IMG/VR virus record: IMGVR_UViG_3300032331_001209
Coordinates: 1 to 57,200 of that record
Reading direction: 5' to 3' (one strand)
DNA from: a virus
Lineage: Duplodnaviria; Caudoviricetes
Length of the DNA stretch: 57,200 nucleotides
Each line of letters opens with the position of its first letter. Positions within the stretch are counted from its first letter, which is position 1. The position numbers were made by a program, and so were the translations under genes. This document shows, in pieces, positions 34,105-43,055 of this stretch. The notes under the pieces are model-generated. The model was not told where the DNA came from. It did not search any database and saw only the letters and a program-made list of their open reading frames with translations.

Positions 34105-35802
34105 CTAGTCCCCGTCGTCCTTGAACGTCGGCGTGTTCACGGGCTTCTTGCCCTTGGGGGCTTTCTCCTGCACCTTCATCTTCTCGCGGGCCTTGTCGGC
34201 GCGCTCCTTCTTGTCCATGTCGTGAGCCTTTGGCCGCGCCATGCACTTGAAGGGGGTCTTGCCGCCCCGGGTGAGGTCTTTCCATTCGGGGTCATCCGTG
34301 AGCGCCCCGCACGGGCCGAGGATGTCACCGGGCTGGTAGGTCTTCTTGGTGCCGTCCTCGCGGGTGATCGTGCGCTTCACGGGTGAGATCGCCACCCAAT
34401 CTCCCCACTGCGCCTCACCCGGTGCCTTGGACGCGCCCTGACCGTGGCCGCTGAACCACTCGTCTAGGCCCCCGTGCCCCACGTCTTTCTTGGCCTTGCC
34501 CTTGGCGGACAGGTAGAGGGAGGCCACGCGCACGGCACTCGCGAAACGGCCCCGGTCCTTCTTGGCGAGGAACGCCTTGAACCGCTCGATCTGATCGCGA
34601 GTCATGTCCCGGCCTAGAACGAAGTGCGCGAACACCTCCGCGAAGTCCTCCTCCGTGGTCGTACCCCCGTACTCCGACACGGCGGCGACTTCTTTGTAGA
34701 AGCTGTCGAATCGGGCGCGGTCCCCCGCATCCATGAACTTGAAGTAGTAGCGATGACCTAGCTCGTGGATGAGGAGCTCCACCATGAAAGGCTTGGGCTC
34801 CAAGTACACCACGACGTGGTCGGGACCGATCATGTAGTGAGCGCCAACGCCAAAGTGTTTGCCCAGCGGATTCTCCCCGCCGCACTTCGGGCATCCGACG
34901 AAGATCGGGCCGTACCAGAGGTCACCAAAGCCCTTCTGGTCGAGCAGCGCCTTGGCCTTCTGGAAGTAGGGGATGTAGTCGGACAGACCCCGGGGGTCAC
35001 CGGGATCGGGACGGTTGATGAGGTGTCGGTCAGGCTCGCCGTCGTACACGAGCTTGACCTTCCCGATGGTGTACTCCAGCAGGATCTCTTCGCTCTCAAA
35101 GGGCTGGTCGTCCGCGTACTTGCCCAGAAACGCCGTGATCGCCCGCAGGAGCTTGCCCGACAGGGTGTCCTCGACCTTGGCGAGCGTTTCCTTCGCTACG
35201 TCCTCGTAGCCCTTCAGCGCCGCGCCGAATGGGTCGGCGGGATTGACCCGCTCGTAGAAGCCCAGCACGGACCACTGTGGACCTAGCCGCGCGTCCATGT
35301 CGTAGGTCCGCGTGCCCGGTGTCATCGCGTCCAGTGTGTGCTGGAACTTCGACAGGTCGTCGTCGAGGAGTTCTCGCGCGGCCTTGAGCTCGTCGCGGAC
35401 CTTGACCTTCAGTCTCTCGATGATGCTGCCTTCGTACCCCTCACCGCGAGGCAGGAGCCCCTTCGTGAAGAACAGGTACTCCCAGAAACGATTGAGGTCT
35501 TTGTCGCGCAGGGTCTTGAAATGCGCGATGAGGTCTGCCAGCGAGGCGTAGCGGGGCTTGGGCGCGAAGGTCTTCTTGACCCATGCCCGTAGCCCCTTCA
35601 CCAGTGCGGGGTCGATCTGGGTGGTATTCCCGGCTGTCTTCTCCCACCCGCCGCCTTCGTCCTTGTAGAGGGCGAGGGCGTGCCCGACCGCGTAGGCAGA
35701 CGGCCACTTGGTGTAGCGAGACTTCGCTACATCTTGGCACTTCTCCCAGAGCTTGGGATTCGTGGGCTCGTTGTCGCCGTCTGCTAGGCGGGGGTTCATC
35801 AC
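34105..35802 (-). CDS. Multidomain protein: PSAYA domain + zincin metallopeptidase + basic C-terminal domain
   Basis: KWPSAYA...YKDEGGGW; IHELGHRYY...SEYGGTTTEEDFAEVF (HExxH plus downstream E); GGLDEWF...WVAIS...PCG...KCM. Confidence 0.78.
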   Translation of the reverse strand: MMNPRLADGDNEPTNPKLWEKCQDVAKSRYTKWPSAYAVGHALALYKDEGGGWEKTAGNTTQIDPALVKGLRAWVKKTFAPKPRYASLADLIAHFKTLRDKDLNRFWEYLFFTKGLLPRGEGYEGSIIERLKVKVRDELKAARELLDDDLSKFQHTLDAMTPGTRTYDMDARLGPQWSVLGFYERVNPADPFGAALKGYEDVAKETLAKVEDTLSGKLLRAITAFLGKYADDQPFESEEILLEYTIGKVKLVYDGEPDRHLINRPDPGDPRGLSDYIPYFQKAKALLDQKGFGDLWYGPIFVGCPKCGGENPLGKHFGVGAHYMIGPDHVVVYLEPKPFMVELLIHELGHRYYFKFMDAGDRARFDSFYKEVAAVSEYGGTTTEEDFAEVFAHFVLGRDMTRDQIERFKAFLAKKDRGRFASAVRVASLYLSAKGKAKKDVGHGGLDEWFSGHGQGASKAPGEAQWGDWVAISPVKRTITREDGTKKTYQPGDILGPCGALTDDPEWKDLTRGGKTPFKCMARPKAHDMDKKERADKAREKMKVQEKAPKGKKPVNTPTFKDDGD

Positions 35803-35814
35803 CCCGTGCGGGGT

Positions 35815-35829
35815 GATAGATGGTCTAGT
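35815..35829 (-). promoter_or_regulatory. Putative late promoter (ACTAGACCATCTATC) overlapping a hairpin over the start codon
   Basis: Motif family member; perfect stem ATCACCCC-N4-GGGGTGAT at 35798-35817. Confidence 0.55.
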
Positions 35830-36382
35830 TGACCTTGGCGTCGCGCTCGGCTCGGACGTTGGCCTCGCCCTCGCGGACGATCTTGATGAGCTTCCGCTGC
35901 TCCGCGTCGAGCTTCATGTTCCCGGTGAGGGTGAGGGCCCCGGTGTCCTTGTCGAACGCCCGGGAGGTCAGCCCCACGGCCCCCGGCATGAACGCCTTGA
36001 TGAGCTTGGGGTCCATCGCCCGGATGCCGATGTGCCACACCATGTCGATGCGGGTGCCGCTGCCCACGAGGATGGGCTTCCCGTCGTACTCACACGGCTG
36101 CTTCTCGCGGTACAGGGACAGGCCCGCTCCCGTGAGAAGTTCCAGATCGAAGTGATGGACCGGGATGGGGGTCTCGGGGCGGTCGAACTGGAGCGTGAGC
36201 GGGATGACCACTTGGAGGTCTCCCAGCATCACCTTGGGGTTGGGCACGATGCCCCAGCCGTGGACTCGTACCTGTAGGTCGCCCGACTCGATCAGTCGGT
36301 TCACGAACTCCTGCTCCGTCTCGCTCATCGGGACGTACAGGCCGTTGGGGTTCTTGCCGCCGAAAGGGTTTCGCTCGTTCAT
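35825..36382 (-). CDS. Hypothetical protein
   Basis: Start MNERNPFGG overlaps the upstream stop (ATGA); good codon bias. Confidence 0.75.
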   Translation of the reverse strand: MNERNPFGGKNPNGLYVPMSETEQEFVNRLIESGDLQVRVHGWGIVPNPKVMLGDLQVVIPLTLQFDRPETPIPVHHFDLELLTGAGLSLYREKQPCEYDGKPILVGSGTRIDMVWHIGIRAMDPKLIKAFMPGAVGLTSRAFDKDTGALTLTGNMKLDAEQRKLIKIVREGEANVRAERDAKVN

Positions 36383-36789
36383 GTCAGCACCGCCACATAA
36401 CAGGCCCTCGGGCTCTTGCCGGGGGTCGGGTTCTCCGTCGTGTAGAAGTCTACCTTGGCACCCACGGCGGGCACCACGCCACCGAGCACTTCGGACTTGT
36501 GCAGGTAGCACTGGCCCCCGTCGGCGGTCTGGATGAACCCGTAGCCCTTCACCGGGTCGTAGCTCTTGACCGAGCCGGAACGATGCGCCGGGACCACCAA
36601 GCGGATGACCCCATCGGCACGGGTGCCCTCGCCCAGCGTGTACTCGACGCGCTCGCCCGTGATCGGAGGCGGTCCGTCGCCCCCGTCGAACACGGACAGG
36701 TGGAAGAACACCTCGGAGCCATCCCCGCCATCGGGGAGGATGAAACCGAAACGCTTGTCCGTGATGTATCGACGAATGACCCCGTTCAC
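36379..36789 (-). CDS. Tandem cold-shock domain protein
   Basis: Two CSDs: KRFGFI...VFFHLS and KGYGFI...CYLHKS (RNP1/RNP2 motifs). Confidence 0.88.
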   Translation of the reverse strand: MNGVIRRYITDKRFGFILPDGGDGSEVFFHLSVFDGGDGPPPITGERVEYTLGEGTRADGVIRLVVPAHRSGSVKSYDPVKGYGFIQTADGGQCYLHKSEVLGGVVPAVGAKVDFYTTENPTPGKSPRACYVAVLT

Positions 36790-37142
36790 AGCAGTCCTCC
36801 TAGAGCGTCCTTCAACAGAGCCTCGCCCACGGCCTTGATCGCCATGAGCACCTCGTGGAGGAAGTCCCGGGACCGCTCCAACTGGTCAGCTTCAGAGTTC
36901 TGCATCGCGGCGAGGAGGTCACTGGCCTCCCGCAGCGTGAGGTCCGCCCCGTTCATCCTCGCAGTCACCCGGTCCGGGTGGTCATGCAGATCCGCGAGCA
37001 GCCCCTCAAGGTAGGACACGCCCGCCGTCCCCAAGCGTGACGAGAGGGACAGGGACAGGTCCACGATGGCCTTCTGCCACGGCTCCTTGGAAGCCTCCCG
37101 CAGCGCCGCCACCTTGGCGAAAGCGCGATCACTCTCCTTCAT
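36786..37142 (-). CDS. Hypothetical helical protein
   Basis: Start MKESDRAF overlaps the upstream stop; coupled to the CSD gene. Confidence 0.65.
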   Translation of the reverse strand: MKESDRAFAKVAALREASKEPWQKAIVDLSLSLSSRLGTAGVSYLEGLLADLHDHPDRVTARMNGADLTLREASDLLAAMQNSEADQLERSRDFLHEVLMAIKAVGEALLKDALGGLL

Positions 37143-37501
37143 GGGACCGGGGGGAGCGTGCAGGACAGGGGAGGGACTCCCGGGGTCGGACCCGGGCGCG
37201 TGCCCTCGATCCGGGCGTTGAACCGGGACATTTGGCGATGCCATGCCCATCGGGACGTATAGACGGCCCACCACTCCGCGTAGTTCCGGCACGTCGGGTC
37301 CGAGAGGTCGCCGCTGGCGTACCACGCCCCGTTGGCGCAGGTGCATTGTCGAACGAGGTACTCGCGGACGGCAGGTGCGCCCCCACGGACCAGACGCTCC
37401 GTGAACGCCATCTCTGACAGGTATACATCCCGGTCTCGGATCACCAAGCCCCGGCACCCAAGAAGCCACAGGGAGAGAACGGCTACCGCCCTCCTCACCA
37501 T
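37139..37501 (-). CDS. Putative lipoprotein
   Basis: MVRRAVAVLSLWLLGC signal peptide with lipobox; Pro-rich tail. Confidence 0.6.
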   Translation of the reverse strand: MVRRAVAVLSLWLLGCRGLVIRDRDVYLSEMAFTERLVRGGAPAVREYLVRQCTCANGAWYASGDLSDPTCRNYAEWWAVYTSRWAWHRQMSRFNARIEGTRPGPTPGVPPLSCTLPPVP

Positions 37502-37818
37502 TGCTTCTTCCTACGGTTGTTCGGGTCATGCACCCCCGGCACGTTCTGCGACCGCATGAAGCGGTCATCGACCTCTTGGTCGTTGAACGGGAACGGCTGG
37601 AGCGTGAGCGGGTTCCGGGCGACGAGGCAGTTCAACCGCGCCTGCTCCGCAGGGAGCATCGTCGGCACGATCTTCTCAAAATCTTCCTTCGCGACGGGGA
37701 TGCTGATGAGGAGATCGACGATGACGTGATCGGGCAACACCGCCGGGTTGCACGAGTCACCCGGAATCCCCGCGAGGTTGTTGCGCCCTTGATTGTCGAA
37801 CCACCAGTTGCCTGCCAT
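37495..37818 (-). CDS. Hypothetical protein
   Basis: 107 aa, first gene of a coupled minus-strand run; TAACGT 5 nt before the ATG. Confidence 0.7.
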   Translation of the reverse strand: MAGNWWFDNQGRNNLAGIPGDSCNPAVLPDHVIVDLLISIPVAKEDFEKIVPTMLPAEQARLNCLVARNPLTLQPFPFNDQEVDDRFMRSQNVPGVHDPNNRRKKQW

Positions 37819-37848
37819 ACCCTACGTTACCTATCGGCGTTCTAGGGC

Positions 37849-38076
37849 ATGGACGACGAACTCCCAGAGGTCGAGAGCCTTGAGCTCCAAGAAGGGGACG
37901 TGTCGGTGGTGATCCGGGCCGACGGAGAGATCGAGTTCTTGACGGCCTACGACGACGAAAATAGCGCCGAGCACGCCACGGCACTCAAGATCATCCACTT
38001 CCTCGCCTTCGCACTGGAGAGCGAGGAGTGCAGGGCCTTGTTTGAGAAGTCTCTCGACAAGCTCGCCCTCAACTGA
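37849..38076 (+). CDS. Small acidic hypothetical protein
   Basis: 75 aa; fills the gap between minus-strand operons; plausible composition. Confidence 0.65.
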   Translation: MDDELPEVESLELQEGDVSVVIRADGEIEFLTAYDDENSAEHATALKIIHFLAFALESEECRALFEKSLDKLALN

Positions 38077-38386
38077 TCTCCGTGTAGACGGCGTTCGCCT
38101 TGAGCGACCACGCCCGCAGTGACGCTTCCTCGGCGCGGGTCGCACTCCCCCAGCCCGACAGGTACAGGCTGAACTCCTCGGTCACCGTGTCGGGCGACGC
38201 GGACGGGGTGAGCACCGTGACGAGGTGCCCGTTGGGCATCCTCGCCGTGCGCCCAGCGTTCTGCTCGTACAGCCCCGCCAGTACCTTGAGCGTGAGGGGA
38301 TACTCGGCCTCGGGGACGAGGAGCACCGCACGGCAGTTCCGCTCGCGGGCTTGTCGGAGAATGGTCAGCACGGACTGGATCATCAC
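38069..38386 (-). CDS. Hypothetical protein
   Basis: Coupled to the upstream gene by overlapping stop/start. Confidence 0.6.
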   Translation of the reverse strand: MMIQSVLTILRQARERNCRAVLLVPEAEYPLTLKVLAGLYEQNAGRTARMPNGHLVTVLTPSASPDTVTEEFSLYLSGWGSATRAEEASLRAWSLKANAVYTEIS

Positions 38387-39036
38387 TCACCCATCTTGAT
38401 CTTGGCCCCTCGGGCCACGACGTTGACCTTGGGCTTGGGTGCCCAAGGGTCTTCCGGCGCACGAGACGCCCCCGGCGACGGGACCGTCCCGCCACCGAGC
38501 ATCACTCCCTCCTCGGGGAAGTCCGTGTTGACCGCAGGCATCACGGGAGCCTTCACCGGGGCCTTCGGGGCAACCGGGGGAGGAGGGGCCTCGACCGTGG
38601 GAAGTTCTTGCTTCACCACGGGCTCCTCCACCTCGACGGAGACGGAGGTCGGTACGGGAGGCTTACGCCCGCGCGCCTCGGCCAGCCGGGAGACGGCTTC
38701 CTCGACCACCTGTGCCTTGGCCGTCTCCGGGTCTGGTTCCGCGAGGTGAACCCCCGGCCCCGCCCACGGGTCGGCCCGCCGCGCGAGAGAGAGGGCCGCA
38801 GCCACCTCCACGAAGTTCATCGCCCGGATCGGATCGAACCGGGTGTCCTCGGGACGGGCGAGACGAGGGTTGATGAGAAGTCGATCTACCTGTGTGCGGA
38901 CCCGCTCGTCGAACGTGGCGCTCGCCCACCCGGCGTTGACGCACTCTTGGTTGCGGCACCGCTGGCAGAAAATCCCCTTGAACTCGGCAGGGGGGATCTT
39001 CTGGTCGTTGCACCCGTCGAACAGGTCACGCTTCAT
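38383..39036 (-). CDS. Hypothetical protein (Cys-rich N-terminus, Pro-rich linker)
   Basis: C...CQRCRNQEC motif; overlaps its neighbours. Confidence 0.7.
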   Translation of the reverse strand: MKRDLFDGCNDQKIPPAEFKGIFCQRCRNQECVNAGWASATFDERVRTQVDRLLINPRLARPEDTRFDPIRAMNFVEVAAALSLARRADPWAGPGVHLAEPDPETAKAQVVEEAVSRLAEARGRKPPVPTSVSVEVEEPVVKQELPTVEAPPPPVAPKAPVKAPVMPAVNTDFPEEGVMLGGGTVPSPGASRAPEDPWAPKPKVNVVARGAKIKMGE

Positions 39037-39406
39037 CGCCCACTCCCAGTTGCAGGGAGGTTCGGTAGAGCTCTCGCAGCCGTGTCACCTCGGCCTTGAG
39101 GGCCTCGACCTTCTGGGCAGCGGTCTCCCCGTCCTTCTCGGTGAGCTCATCCTTCGCCGCCTGCATCGCGTGGTGGAGCTCCACCAGCATCGTCGCCACG
39201 TCCCACGGGAGCGTCGGCAGACGACCCACCCGCGTGAGCTCGTCCAGCACGAAACACATCCGCAGGGTGTCGTCCGCCACGGCAGAGCACACCTCCACCA
39301 AGTTCTGCACCCGCCGCTCGACCTCGGTGAGGCGGCTCTCCAGCCCCCCCACGCCCGTCTCCACGGCATCCATGCGAGTCTCCAGCTTCGTGATTCGGAC
39401 CGTCAT
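39026..39406 (-). CDS. Coiled-coil hypothetical protein
   Basis: Heptad pattern; ATGA overlap with the polymerase stop. Confidence 0.65.
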   Translation of the reverse strand: MTVRITKLETRMDAVETGVGGLESRLTEVERRVQNLVEVCSAVADDTLRMCFVLDELTRVGRLPTLPWDVATMLVELHHAMQAAKDELTEKDGETAAQKVEALKAEVTRLRELYRTSLQLGVGDEA

Positions 39407-42072
39407 ACATCACCTACCATCGGGAGCCTACCTCCCCAGACCGTCGAAATCGCCCCGGTGAGGTCTTCACCGTTCGGACCCTCCACCTTCAGCTTCGCGG
39501 TCGGGCACTTGTCACCCGCCGCGATCATCCGCGCCAGAGGCTCGATCTCGCCCAAGGTAAAGGTCTTTACCTTGTAGGTGAGGGTCGGCATTTCCGGCTT
39601 CTTTTCAACGGGTTGTGCCTCGCCCTTGGGCTTGTCGGTCTTCGGGCCGATGCCCTTGAAACACCCGTCGAGCTCCTTCGGGCACTCGCCCTTCTTGCGG
39701 ATCTTCTTGAGGTCCCACGGCACGGTCCAGTCTGGACCCATCTCCACGTCGGACGTGAGCGGGACACGCCAGCCCAGCTTGAGGAGGGCGTCGTTGCGGC
39801 ACATGATCCCCACGAACAGGTCGATGGCCTCCTCCAGAATGTCCTTGTCGATCTCAAACACGAGCTCGTCGTGCATCGTGATGAGCATGTGGACCTTCTC
39901 CAACCACCCGCGCTTCTTGCACTCTTTGTAGATGAGCGCCATTGCGATCTTGGTGATGTCGGCGCTCGTGCCTTGGATCGGGCCGTTCACGGCGTTGCGT
40001 TCGGCCTTGGCCCGGAACCCGCCCAGTTCGTGGTCGATGTCGGGCAGCGGGTAGCGCCGTCCGAAAGCCGTCGTGACGAACTTGTGCTCCTTGGCGTACA
40101 GGGCTTGGCTCTTCCACCAGCCCGACAGGACATTGTAGGTCTTGTCGAACTGCTCCTTGATGCGCCAGCCTTCGTTCTTGTCGCACCCCGTCGCCGTCAC
40201 CACGGCGTTGCCAGACCCGCCGTAGCACAAGGCGAAGTTGCACGCCTTGGCGAAGCCACGAAGCTGCTTCCACTCGGGCTTCTTCGGCGCGTCCTCCCCG
40301 TAGATGGACAGGGCCGTGAGAGTGTGGAGGTCACCGATCTTGTCGCTCCCGCAGTCCGGGCAGAACGGCGGCGGGGCCACGGGCACGGGGTTGGCCACCG
40401 TGGGCATGTCGAACATCTTGTCGCAGCCCGAGCAGTGGAAGAACTCGGTGAGCCACTTGGGATCGCCAGAGATGTTGGTCACGATGCGGAGCTCGACGCC
40501 GCTGAAGTCGATGGCGGTGAGTACCTTCCCCGGTCGGGCGATGATGCACTCCCTCACCCGGGCGAGGCACTCGGGACGGTTGGGGTCGTAGGTCGCGGGC
40601 GTCCCGTGGAACGGAAACCGGGTGCCCCCGTCCATCGACGGGTCTTTGCTGGACGGCGCGTTGAAGCGCCCCGTCTCGATGCTGTGGGCGTTGAAGTACG
40701 CGCGGAGGGTGCCGTCCGGGTGTGCGTCCTCGACGATGGGCAGGAGGTACGTCGAGAGAGCCTTGCTCACCTCACGGAACCGCTTGATCTTGGCGGCGAA
40801 GGGGAACTTGTCGCCCACCTTCTCCAGCACCTCCTCCAGCACGTCCTTCGACGTGTCCACCTGCCCGGACTTCTCCGTGGCGACGAGCCCCGGCACCTTG
40901 CACTCGCGGAGGAGCTTGCCAAGCTGCTGCGCCGACAACACGTCGTAGACCACCGGGAACTCCACGTCCTCGGTCGCCCCCTTGGCGGTGATCGACGCCA
41001 CCCGCTTGGAAACCGTCGCCACCTTGCCCTTCTCCCGCATGGGGTCGAGCTTGGCCTTCGTCGCAGCCGTCCGTGTCACGTCGATGCGGTCGGTGTAGCT
41101 GGGGGTCACCACCTCGGGATCGAACCGCAGCGACTCCATCCCCTCTACGGAGCCCCGGAGCAACCTGTAATAGCCGGGGCGAATGTCCCGGCCCACGAGG
41201 GCCGACGAGCTCTCGTACACCTCCTCCAGCGCCGCGATCCACTCCCGCTGGCCGATGCGGATGAGCTCCTTGGTCTTCTCTTGGTCCGTGTAGATGCGCG
41301 CCCGCTCCATCCACCGGGTGCTCGCCACGCAGAGCTTCTCGATGGTGTAGACGGTGCCCTGCCCCAGCACGCCCATGCTTGGTTGCAGCACCTCCGGGGC
41401 GAGCTTCTGGTACAGGTTCCATGTGCAGATGGCGTCGCTGGCCCCGTACCACGTCACGGGCTCCCACGACGGGTCGAGCTCCGAGAAGTCCAGCCCGCCT
41501 TTGCGCTTGTCCTCGGGGAAGAGCTCGTCGAGCTCGATCATCTCCATGCCGAGCTCGGTCTTGGCGAGGTGCTTCAGCCCCTTGGACTTCGACCGGGTGT
41601 CCCGCAGGTAGGCGAGGATCAGCGTGTCGTCCCACTTCTTGGGCTCGTCCCACTCACCGATGGGCTCGCCGCCGCAGTTTTGCAGGAACTCTTGGTCGAA
41701 CTTCCCGTTGTGGAACACGGCCACGGCGGGGCTGTTCACCAACCTCTGCATCTCCCGCTTCCACAGCGACCACGACACGTTCTCGCCCGTCTTGTGGCGC
41801 AGCGGGATGTAGTACCCTCGCTTGCCGTCGGGAGACAGGCAGCACCCGACGATCTTCGACATCGTCTCACCGTCGTAGACGCAGGAGTTCAGCCCGGAGG
41901 TCTCAAGGTCGAGGGCGTAACGCCCGCCCGCGATGCAGGCGTCGATGATCCCGGGGAGGGTCTCGTTCGTGGCGCGGGCGAGGGTGTACTCGCCCCCCTG
42001 CATCCACGACTTCGGCTCGACCTTGAGGGTGTTGGAGTCTTGGAGGAACGTGAACAGGTCCATCGTGGGCAC
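39403..42072 (-). CDS. polA: Family A DNA polymerase (3'-5' exonuclease + polymerase)
   Basis: Exo DLETSG, HNGKFD, YGASDA; motif A DFSGVELRI, motif B RGFAKACNFALCYG, NGPIQGTSADI, motif C MHDELVFE. No 5'-3' exonuclease. Start may be the ATG at 42063. Confidence 0.95.
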   Translation of the reverse strand: MPTMDLFTFLQDSNTLKVEPKSWMQGGEYTLARATNETLPGIIDACIAGGRYALDLETSGLNSCVYDGETMSKIVGCCLSPDGKRGYYIPLRHKTGENVSWSLWKREMQRLVNSPAVAVFHNGKFDQEFLQNCGGEPIGEWDEPKKWDDTLILAYLRDTRSKSKGLKHLAKTELGMEMIELDELFPEDKRKGGLDFSELDPSWEPVTWYGASDAICTWNLYQKLAPEVLQPSMGVLGQGTVYTIEKLCVASTRWMERARIYTDQEKTKELIRIGQREWIAALEEVYESSSALVGRDIRPGYYRLLRGSVEGMESLRFDPEVVTPSYTDRIDVTRTAATKAKLDPMREKGKVATVSKRVASITAKGATEDVEFPVVYDVLSAQQLGKLLRECKVPGLVATEKSGQVDTSKDVLEEVLEKVGDKFPFAAKIKRFREVSKALSTYLLPIVEDAHPDGTLRAYFNAHSIETGRFNAPSSKDPSMDGGTRFPFHGTPATYDPNRPECLARVRECIIARPGKVLTAIDFSGVELRIVTNISGDPKWLTEFFHCSGCDKMFDMPTVANPVPVAPPPFCPDCGSDKIGDLHTLTALSIYGEDAPKKPEWKQLRGFAKACNFALCYGGSGNAVVTATGCDKNEGWRIKEQFDKTYNVLSGWWKSQALYAKEHKFVTTAFGRRYPLPDIDHELGGFRAKAERNAVNGPIQGTSADITKIAMALIYKECKKRGWLEKVHMLITMHDELVFEIDKDILEEAIDLFVGIMCRNDALLKLGWRVPLTSDVEMGPDWTVPWDLKKIRKKGECPKELDGCFKGIGPKTDKPKGEAQPVEKKPEMPTLTYKVKTFTLGEIEPLARMIAAGDKCPTAKLKVEGPNGEDLTGAISTVWGGRLPMVGDV

Positions 42073-42073
42073 G

Positions 42074-42081
42074 TTACGCCC
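42074..42081 (-). promoter_or_regulatory. GGGCGTAA(CGT) extended -10-like motif upstream of polA
   Basis: TAA doubles as the upstream gene's stop; ATG 7 nt after TAACGT. Confidence 0.6.
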
Positions 42082-42631
42082 GTGATGGCCCCGTCTGGTA
42101 CACGACGGCCTCGGACCAGTCAGAACTCACTTGACCGTTCAACGGGCACTGTTGCACGACGCACTCGTACTTGCCGCCCCGGTACTGGGCGTGCTCGTCC
42201 GCAGCGTTCTTCGCCGCCTCCAGCGTGTCGTACACGCCGACGACGTAGCTATGCTGCTCCCGGTCGCCCCATCGCAGGGCTTCCACGACGTAGAGGATTT
42301 TCGATTCCCTAGACTCAAGCTCCGCGAGTTTGGCCCCCAAATTGGGAATCTGTTGAATGACGGGTTCTGCGGGAATGTCGATGAGTTGCACATCAAGCCG
42401 CTTCACCGGGTATTTCGCCGCACGTTCCTCGATGGGTGACGGGGGCGGGGTGACTACCGCACCCGTCTCCACGGTGCCCATCTTCGGGCACCACTCGGGC
42501 GTGTACCCGGTGGGCGGGACCAAGTTGTCCCTCGGTGCGTCGGAGTGTTCGCAGCGCATCTCGTCCGACAACGGTCGCTCCCAGAGGTAGTAGCACCCGC
42601 CGCACAGGACGATGTTCAGCCGGGTCGTCAT
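42074..42631 (-). CDS. Hypothetical protein
   Basis: GAGG SD and ATGA coupling; N-terminal CxxC...C...WCP motif. Confidence 0.65.
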   Translation of the reverse strand: MTTRLNIVLCGGCYYLWERPLSDEMRCEHSDAPRDNLVPPTGYTPEWCPKMGTVETGAVVTPPPSPIEERAAKYPVKRLDVQLIDIPAEPVIQQIPNLGAKLAELESRESKILYVVEALRWGDREQHSYVVGVYDTLEAAKNAADEHAQYRGGKYECVVQQCPLNGQVSSDWSEAVVYQTGPSRA

Positions 42632-42852
42632 CGCTTCCTCACCCAAGCGACAATCCCCTTGACGGGGTGATCACCGATGACGGAGTAACCCCCCACATGG
42701 ACGTGCAAGGGCGGGTTGACGAGGGGGTCACCGATGACCTCTCGCCGCAGATGTTCGGTGGCGATTTCTACGGCGTCGAAGTCGGGCGTCGCCACCTCGT
42801 AGGAAACGGTGGCGCTGCCTAGCTCAAGCTGAACTTCATACAGGGGCATCAT
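42628..42852 (-). CDS. Small hypothetical protein
   Basis: ATGA-coupled on both sides. Confidence 0.55.
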   Translation of the reverse strand: MMPLYEVQLELGSATVSYEVATPDFDAVEIATEHLRREVIGDPLVNPPLHVHVGGYSVIGDHPVKGIVAWVRKR

Positions 42853-43055
42853 TGCTTCACCGCCGTTCGGAACCCGCACCGGGCGCACGGGCTACAACAC
42901 GCCTTGTCGTGAAGGATCGGTTCGGTGTGACACCGACACTCGCACTCGTCGGGAGCGACGTGGACACAGGCGGGATGCCACTGGTCGCGGCGCACGGGGC
43001 TACCTGTGCCGCCGCACACCAGCGGGAAGTCTGGAACCCAAACGCGGACCGTCAC
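42849..43055 (-). CDS. Small Cys/His-rich hypothetical protein
   Basis: GTGA-coupled; CECRCH...HDKACCSPCARC. Confidence 0.55.
   Translation of the reverse strand: MTVRVWVPDFPLVCGGTGSPVRRDQWHPACVHVAPDECECRCHTEPILHDKACCSPCARCGFRTAVKQ

Noticed and set aside
39613-42312. 899-aa plus-strand ORF opposite polA (also 48536-50611 opposite the SNF2 gene)
   Set aside because: Shadow frames produced by GC3 bias in clearly identified minus-strand genes.
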